A DNA stretch of 64,000 bases from Callorhinchus milii. Its lineage: Eukaryota. The notes below the pieces were generated by a model. It saw nothing but the letters and a program-made list of their open reading frames with translations, was not told where the DNA came from and ran no database searches. The DNA is taken from NCBI RefSeq assembly GCF_018977255.1, contig NW_024704743.1, positions 106,456,001 through 106,520,000 on the forward strand, read 5' to 3'. Positions 55,323 to 64,000 of this stretch are shown one piece after another; within the stretch, counting starts at the first letter, position 1, and each line of letters opens with the position of its first letter. The translations under genes and the position numbers were made by a program.

Positions 55323-58300
55323 AAATGTATTAAATACAATTAATACATTTCATATAGTTAATCACATAGTTATAAGATGAATGACAAGAGGCTCCAGCAT
55401 CTCCAAATAAACGTCAATGAAATCACACTAATAAGCAGCTTCCTCAAGCTAAGTAACTGCCTCATCAAGAGTTAAACACAAATTCTATTGGCAAACATTT
55501 GAGCCAAATGTTGTAACAGATCTTGGACAAATAGATTTAATTGGCCCTGTCACAGGATTTTACTATCCTTGTTGCGATAGGCTGTGTAAGTCACTTTGAA
55601 ACAGAGCCAGCTAATCAGTGTGCGAAAGAGGATACAGTTTGTAGAGAAAGTTGTAAAGTGGGCTGCTGTGAACCTTTTATAACATTTTCTTTAAAAAAAA
55701 CTTCCTACCTGAAAATATAAACACAAAAAAGTAACAGGACAGAAAGATGTTTTTATATCTCAAAGAATTATTTAAAATAAATTACATTTCTGCATTAACA
55801 TATTTAAAGTCTGCATGTCCGATTTGCTTAATTTTGTTTAAACAATCCACTGTCAATTCAATGTCTTTGATGGATTCAATTGGTCAAAATAATATTCAAT
55901 GGCATGTTGACTATTAATTGCCCTTTTGAGCTCAATATAATGTTACATTTTTGGGTGAAGACAAAATATAACAGTACAATGGTTTGGTCACACTTTAAAC
56001 AATGCATTTTAATGCTGTATTGGGCAAGAATTGCAATACAGTGTTTTGAATACCAAGAAGCAATCAAAGATAACTTAAACAATTATCAAAATATGCCTGT
56101 ATGTGAAAATAAATATTTTAAAATATTTTATACTGAAGGTCATCCAAGGAAAACAATTTTGTGATATAATTTATAATTTTATGGATAATGTGTTTTAAAC
56201 AGTTCAATTTGCAACTCATTATAAAATTGTACATAATGTTATTTACAGTAAGCAACATTTTTGAATAAAATATGAATTCATTTTGTGAATAAAGTGTGAG
56301 GTGGTAAGAGTTTAGGTTGCATAATTCATATCAACATCAAATGTGTAACCACCAGAATTTATAGTCTTCACCGAATACAAAATCAAGTTACAAGTCATTA
56401 GAACAGTTGCAACTTCCCAAACAGTTATGTAGGTAAATTGAAAAGTGTAAAATTGCTGCCTGATAGTAGGAAAACATAGAATATGTAAAATACAATATTA
56501 TTGCAAGTCAGCATTCAGCTCAAGCAGTACAGTACTTAATACTAATCCTTGCATTTGATATAGCTGTTTCACAACAATTGCAGATACAGGACACAACTTT
56601 TGTTATCCCCTGTGAATTATGTTTCTAAACTTTAAACCTTTAGAATGATTAGTTAGATTGTTTATGCATTACTGTAAATTATTATATTTTTGCAATACAA
56701 ATTAAAAATAAAGTATTTAAATTTACAGAATTTCCACAGAAAATGGAGAACAGAAATTGGGAACATTTTAGAAGCTGCAAATGATATTTATTATTCCCTC
56801 ATAAAAGTGATTTTCATTTTCACATATTTAACAGCATGTTTTTAGCCAAACTTTAAAAAAAAATTGAAAAGGCTCCCCTCCAAATTAAAAACATTTAATA
56901 TGGTATTTGCTTTGAATACTTGAAAATGTGAACTTACAGAAATATTTTATTATTCAGGGGCCAACTGTTGGACAGTTTATCAAGATGAACCAGATATTAT
57001 ATCATATAGAATATTCATTGTCACAACTACTTCACATTGTAAAGTCCATAGGTGTTCATCAATAGATTATATTTCACTATGTGAAGATCGTTTACTATCC
57101 TTAAAAGTTCAGCAACCAGGATTTGATATAATCAACAGAATCTTTGATAAAGATTCACAATTTCAAACAAACAAATAGATTTAAAATAAAAGATCATGCT
57201 AGAAAAGCATATTCAACTAGGTCAAATTTTAAAATAAATTGAGAAAAACAGTTTCATATGGAATTGTATCCCACTAATTGTACTATCCTGCATGTTATTC
57301 TATTTTCATATTTTTCAAGCACGGTATTAGCTGTACACCTTCTACTCTAGTAATAAAACTTTATCTTGTAGCCATTACAACTCAGTTCCATATATCTCAG
57401 TCTGGGAATAAAGCATCAGCAGTTGATAATTAGCATTAGGGCACATTAAAATTTTATTGCATAACAACGGCTTTCTTTTAAATGTTTTTTCTCAATTTCT
57501 GGGTTCATTTTACCTTTTATTCTATTAAAATTCTGTTAAGAGAACAAATAGTATTCCCCGAAATTAAATACATACAAGGTATACATAATAGTGAAATATT
57601 TGATTGTTGAAATTGGTCAATCTTTCTTGTAAAAGTAATCAATTCTATATTCGTAGGCAATTTAGATGGGAGAAATGTGTCAGTCAAATTTCAATTCATA
57701 TATTCCAATTTAAAATATTTAGATTCCAACATTGTATATTTCTATTTTTTAAAAATTGAATATTCAAAGACCATCTTACCTGAAAATTTTACGACTTTAA
57801 AGTTAATTACGATATTTAAATTAAACAAGTTGTAAAATGAGAATTAACAAAGCATTTAGCAGTAGTAGCAAAAATGCAACAAATCTCTTTTTTTTCAAAT
57901 ATAATTATAAGTATCCTATAAAGGAAATACCAACTGGGTAAAGAGTTGAGGGAAAAGGGACACTAAAGATCTAGTCTCTTTGCTTATTAATTTATTATAC
58001 ATTTTAACTAAAGATTTACTCTTATTTTAGAAGATACACAGGTGTTGCACATGTATGTATTACCATTATATCCTTATTTTAGACAGCACTTTTCTTTATG
58101 CAAGATTTTTCAAAGTAATCCAGCATGGACTAAACATTGATAAATCTTGAATTTGCTTCACAATACATAAGAGCATAAATCCAAATATCATTTATGAGCA
58201 AATAGTCAAAACAGCATTTTTTTTAGCATAATATGTGAGTTTAGATTTTGCCTTCCAGTTAATTCCTTAATTTACTTCAAGCAGTTTTCATCGACGAGAG

Positions 58301-61089
58301 AGAGAGATCTGGTAAAACCTTTTGACAATCTTTTGAATAAAGTTTCTCAAGTCTTTGATAAATTACTAGAATTAAAATTCATCAGAATTCAGAATAATCA
58401 GAATATAGTGGGAGCCAGAGATTGTCAGAGAATGAGAAAAATAGCCTAATTTTTCAGTTCTATTTTTTCAAAGATACCTATGGTAAAATATGTTTAAACA
58501 TTTAAACATTAGACTAATACATTTGTCTTAAGGTTGTGGTGCATAGAAATTTTTTAAAATGAACTAACAGCAGTTATATATTTTAACTCAATTTATAGTT
58601 CCACAAATATAAAATGTTGCTATTTAATGATACAACTTTTAATCATATTTTATGTTCTGCTTCAATTTATCACAAAAATATGAGCATTACTTGTAACACT
58701 ACAAAACTGTACATCTTAGTGTTGTATGAGAACAATGTAAAATCAGTTTCATATTAATTGTTAAATTAATAAGAAACATGTCACCCTTTGTTTTTTAGTG
58801 TGGCTACTTTGATGCTGATATTTATAATTGGATTGTTCCAATGTAGCTCACCTCATCAAAGTCAGTACGTTTCCTATTCATCAACACATTATAAATACCT
58901 CATTTCATTATTGCCATGGAAGGTTTGATATTAATATTCTCTTCAGTATTACTACTGGAGTAAAACGTTCAAGCAAAATAAAGTGAATCATTTAGTTGTC
59001 ACATTTTTTTTATACTAAATGCTTCAATGATATTTGATGCAATACCACCACAAGGACAGAGACCACTGTTCATGTTACTGTCAATATCTTAAACAAGGAG
59101 AATCAAATCCTCACTTAAATCAAATAAGCATAAAACCGTTTGGTAACAATAGTGAAAAGATCTCAGAAGGCTCAACTTTAGTCAGCCGTTGTACACAAAT
59201 ACATAACTTCTTCTCAGACATTTGATACACTAATGATTGTTAATCATTATTTTACTACTTTTTTTCTGTTTACTAATATTCTCATTTGTAAAACAGCCTG
59301 CAACAGAGATTGTTAACAGCAACGAATGGTATGACATCCAATGCATGAAATAAATTAGAATTCATTACTGAATACTAACAGGTTCTGTAGGCTTTTTCTT
59401 CAAATTTATAGTGTACAAAATGCAAAATGAAATGTGATTATTGCTTTAGGTTAATCATAAATATACTTACAGTATTTTTATTCCCAAACAACAGTGCATG
59501 TTTAGGTTTGTTTTATGCATCACTAAGGTTATCCTGTGTAAATTTTCATAAAGCTCTTTCTAGAATTGTATCTTGATATTAGAAGTTGAGAAACACTTAA
59601 AATATATATCAATAGATTTTGAAAATAGAATATTTAAAATTATCAAAGAACACTTTACAAAACTATGTGTGATATAAATCACACTTCTCCTCAGAACTTT
59701 ACATTTCCTGCCATTAAGCATTGTTACAGGTATTTGATTATAAAAAATATGAATTTAACAACTATCCTAGCAATTATACCTTGATTATTTCTCTACCAAG
59801 GAAACCTGAGTTTGCAAGATTCTGTGAATATTCGATGTAAAGCTACAGTGTATAAGGACTAAAATATAGTTTTCATTACGGTAAAAGGATAACAGAAGCA
59901 GTCTGACAGTATTAAGAAAGTATTTCAGCTATAAACAGCAAAGCTTGTTTGATGCATACTATCAAAGGATAATTAAAAATGTAATCTGTATTAAAAAGAC
60001 AACTAATGAATTACTTAAAATAATGTTTAAATAAACCTCTAAGATGATACACTGGTTCAGAATGTCATATACTGATAGTTCTCAATATCTAATACTGTAT
60101 TTTGTTCTGTACTCAATAATATTTGGTTTGATTCTCCAAACATACATATCCTATCTAAAAAGCAAAAAAAAAGCAATCTGGATGGTTAAATACAGTGAAT
60201 ATTCTGAATTTAAAAATTGTTGTTCATTGAGTCTAGAAAATAGTGTTTTGCCCCAAACTGTACACCGTTACTTTATTATTTGACTGCCAAATGCATTGGG
60301 ATATTCTCCCTATATAAATGTAATTTATTGTTGTTATTGTATCCCAAAGAATTTCTAAAAAAAAGCATTTTGTTTCAACATTTTTAACACAATACAGTAT
60401 ATAAACAAAAATGTATTTTTCTTTAAACCTTCAAACCTGAGTTCAAAACAATTGATTAAAGAATCTAATCATGTATCTTTTTGGTAAAATATTACTAATA
60501 TTTTTACTAAATTCCAAATACCTGTGTACTGTTTTAAAAAATGTTCCTAAACAACTTTAAAAATTATTTAGAATCCTTATCAATGCCATAAAGTTGACCA
60601 TCATAATTTATATACAGACTATTTCCAATTTACAGCACAACTGGATATAATATAAATTTACATTGATATGTTATATTTCAAGTTAGAAGAATATATACAT
60701 AAAACAAAACAAATAATTTAAATAATTTCTTGAGCACTGAAACATGTGCACTTAAGCACAACTTCTGAGAAAATTCATTAATCCTGTGGAGATTTAGAGC
60801 ATATGCATACACAAAGAATCCAAGATACCTAATTTTCTAAGGAAACATTTGTATAAGATTACTATTAATGGAAATCATTTTCTTTGATTGTTTTCTTATT
60901 CAAATGACAGGATACCCAAATGTCTACGAAAGATAATTGGTCATACTCCATTAGCTAAAACTTTACTTTCAGTTGTGTTATGTTAGAAAGCAACATATTT
61001 ACATGTGTAAATATTCATTAATTTATTTTTGTCTTATGAAATTGTGTGCATAACATCTCAATGGAGAAAAAGCTATACCACATTATTAG

Positions 61090-61280
61090 TAATAATCCTT
61101 GCATTTGATGTAGCACCTCAGCACATTACTGAAGCGTTTTGCAGGATATACTTAAAAGTGGTGTATTTTGTGGGTGAAATGCAGCTATCAGTTTGCACAC
61201 ACCAATGTCCCACAAACAAACAATTTAACCTGAGGAATTGTTGGCCAGAACACCGAAAGAATCCCTCTTCTCTTTGACAA
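61090..61280 (-). mobile_element. Degenerate SINE tail/core
   Basis: AATAATCCTTGCATTTGAT tail and TGTCCCACAAAC core. Confidence 0.55.
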
Positions 61281-64000
61281 GAATTGCTGTGCTTGTTAAA
61301 ATGCTGCTAATGATTCATGCAGAATCAGAATATACTAACTTCTTGAGCTATTTGCATAATTTTACACTCAAAAACAGATTTCATACCTTAAGGAAACACC
61401 TGGGATATCTTGAAAAAACAATTTCTGAAGAAATCTCATAATAGCTAGTATATCTGATCATAACAACAAGATGCACAGAATAAATTACACTGCCATTTTT
61501 TTCAAAGCGTTCATAGTTTATTGTACAGGACTGAATATTGAATTGCTTGCATGTGATTATTAAGCAGAATAGTTTAATATATATTGTTTGCACTAATTCA
61601 AAACAATGTTTTTCTGAAACTAAGTCAAGAATGATACTGGTTTTCGTATTTGTAAGTAGAATATCTATGTTCCAAGGTGTTCATCACAATCTCACACCTA
61701 TTCATGAAATAATTGAAATACAGTATATCTATTTCAACATTCTTCATCTACTGGGGCAATTTATTTGCCCTCTTAGTTACACAACGTCCAAATACTGCAG
61801 TCAATGAATAAAGCTGAACTTAAAACTATTGAAACACAATTTGAATTAACAACAGACAGTAGAGGTTATACTTAATTGAAGAAATCCAATATTGTTAATA
61901 AAGTTTCAAGTTTCATATTTTGCAAATCTCCTTTTTAAAAATAAATAAATGCACAGTCCTCAGTAAATAGATAGCCAGGAACCAATGAAAGTCTACTTTA
62001 TCGCAATAACAAAAGTTGTTCTTCAAAACAATCTTAAAGCTGCAGTCCATTTGTGCTAACAATCTTTCAGTTTCATTAAAAAGTGATGTTTTGGTTTAGT
62101 CATTTGCCAATTATTATGACTATATAATTTAAAATGAGCACAATTATACTTGAGCACAATTATATTTACCAGAACATAAGATATATGAAGTAAAGGAAGC
62201 CACAATTGATCATGTGTAGGTATACCAAAAATCTAATCCATACAACAGATTTCATAACTATTGCTGTGATACAAACAAAAAGCTAGCCAACAGAATTTTC
62301 ATAAATGTGACTTTCATAATCATAATATTTTCATAAATTAAGATTAATTGAGTTTGTTACACACTTGTGTAACTAGTTTTTTTTAAAGAGGTCTTTAAAC
62401 AACATTGGTATGAAATGTTTCAATTTAATAAACTCTAATAAACAATTTAATAATTACAAAATACATTGAAGAAATCAAAAATGAATTTGTGTTTGTGAAA
62501 TTTTTTAAGAATAAGTTCAAAAAACAAACCGGTTTGAGTTCATGATCTGTTTTCTAACAATGTTTTAACCATTGTCAGAAATCACAAATTTGACCTGAAG
62601 TGTATAACCAATAATCATATGGATTCTATCAGAAGAGATGTTAAAGAAACATGTTGTGTATGTAAAACGTTTACCTAGGCAATGCATTTTTAAAAAGTAC
62701 ACTTTATCCATGGCTTCTATAAGCTGGTTATGGACTATGTTTGCATTCCTCTACTCCAAAAAAAAACACTTATGAACGTAACTAAAGTAAATGGTATTAC
62801 TGCTAAATTGAAGAGCAATATCTGTGGAAGTCAGCAGGTAGAAACATTGCAATTTTGTTTCGTTTAAAAAAAAAGTTTGCAGAATTTCACATCATCCCAT
62901 ACCTCAAAGGAGTTGCATAAAGTGAATTTAGGCTTGGGTATCTTTAGTGCTTAGAAATTACATTTTCAATCAATTTTGAGAAGTATTAGCTAAAATTATT
63001 CCATTCAGTAACTTGAAGATATTTCAAACATACCAGGATCACCTATAAGAGTTTATGGTATACAAACCTAAAGTTAGAATATTAATACTAACTTAAGGTT
63101 ACAATTCTTAAAATATCATTATGCATCCTCTGTTCAATTAAAAATTGATTGAAATTAACAAGTGACAGGTACTGACAAAGAATGATACAATATCAATACT
63201 GGCATAAAACACAGTATACATTGTTACAATCCTTCAGATTGTGTCATCTGTGTAAACAAAAGATATATTTAAACACAAAACATAACATGTCCTGCTAAAC
63301 ATATATAACTAAAACATTTCTCATGTATCTCAACATCCCAATACAAGAAAGCTTTGAGTTCGTCCTGTACAAATGAGATGCAATACCAGAAACACTAGAA
63401 TAAATAACACTTCATAAAACGTTACTCGGTTACTCAATATGCATCGATAAACAATCCAACACAGCGAAGATCAGCTGAAAGAAACACGGATATCTATTCA
63501 TTCAAGTCCTGTCAACTTTTACAGCTTCCAATGCATTAGCCCATCCCTCATGTCACTATACCAATGGCTGGAGAAGCAGCGGCAACGGCTTTCTTATGGC
63601 GTTGACGTGATGTACGTCCATAGTAGTAATTATAATATTTAAACACGAATGCAACCAGACAACCAAAGATACGGTTGCAATTTTGGGAGTTCTTCTCTTT
63701 CCAGGAATAAAGGCAAATGGAGAAAAACAGCACTATTTGTCAGTTTCACGGTCTGAATAAAACATGGTCCTTTCTCTTTCCTCCTCTCTCTCTCTCTCTC
63801 TCCCCCCCCCCCCCCCACCCCCCGGTTTCCATGTCAGGAATGCAGTAGTATTTTACACAGAAAAAAAAAAGGAATTGACAATTTGCGCCAGCAAAGCAAA
63901 GAGAGAAAAAGTTACGATTTCAGAGAAGCAAACGCTGGAGGTTCTCTCTGGAACACGATTCGACCGTCTTGGAAACGTGCAACACTGCCGCAATTAGTTT

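Noticed and set aside
52122..63997. Short AT-rich ORFs of 60-95 aa in the PLAG1 upstream introns
   Set aside because: Low-complexity translations with no motifs or consistent splice phases.

Overview
Vertebrate genomic DNA, most likely a cartilaginous fish (inferred from the dominant tRNA-Ala/Deu-core SINE plus L2 and CR1 LINE content). It carries the conserved PLAG1-MOS-RPS20 block, all on the minus strand, followed by the 5' (motor-domain) part of a kinesin-6 gene (KIF20A-like) that runs off the left end. I traced exon-intron structures by hand for KIF20A-like (10-11 exons), RPS20 (4 exons, 119 aa, intronic U54/SNORD54), intronless MOS (338 aa) and PLAG1 (2 coding exons, 501 aa, long AT-rich 3' UTR). 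Much of 4-33 kb is decayed, often nested L2/CR1/SINE copies. Unexplained signals of most interest: a ~240-nt highly base-paired element just upstream of the RPS20 promoter, a Penelope-type minimal hammerhead motif with a core mutation, two long hairpins in RPS20 introns, an orphan promoter/first-exon-like element downstream of MOS, and a uORF cluster overlapping the PLAG1 start. All calls are from visual inspection; no searches or folding programs were run.
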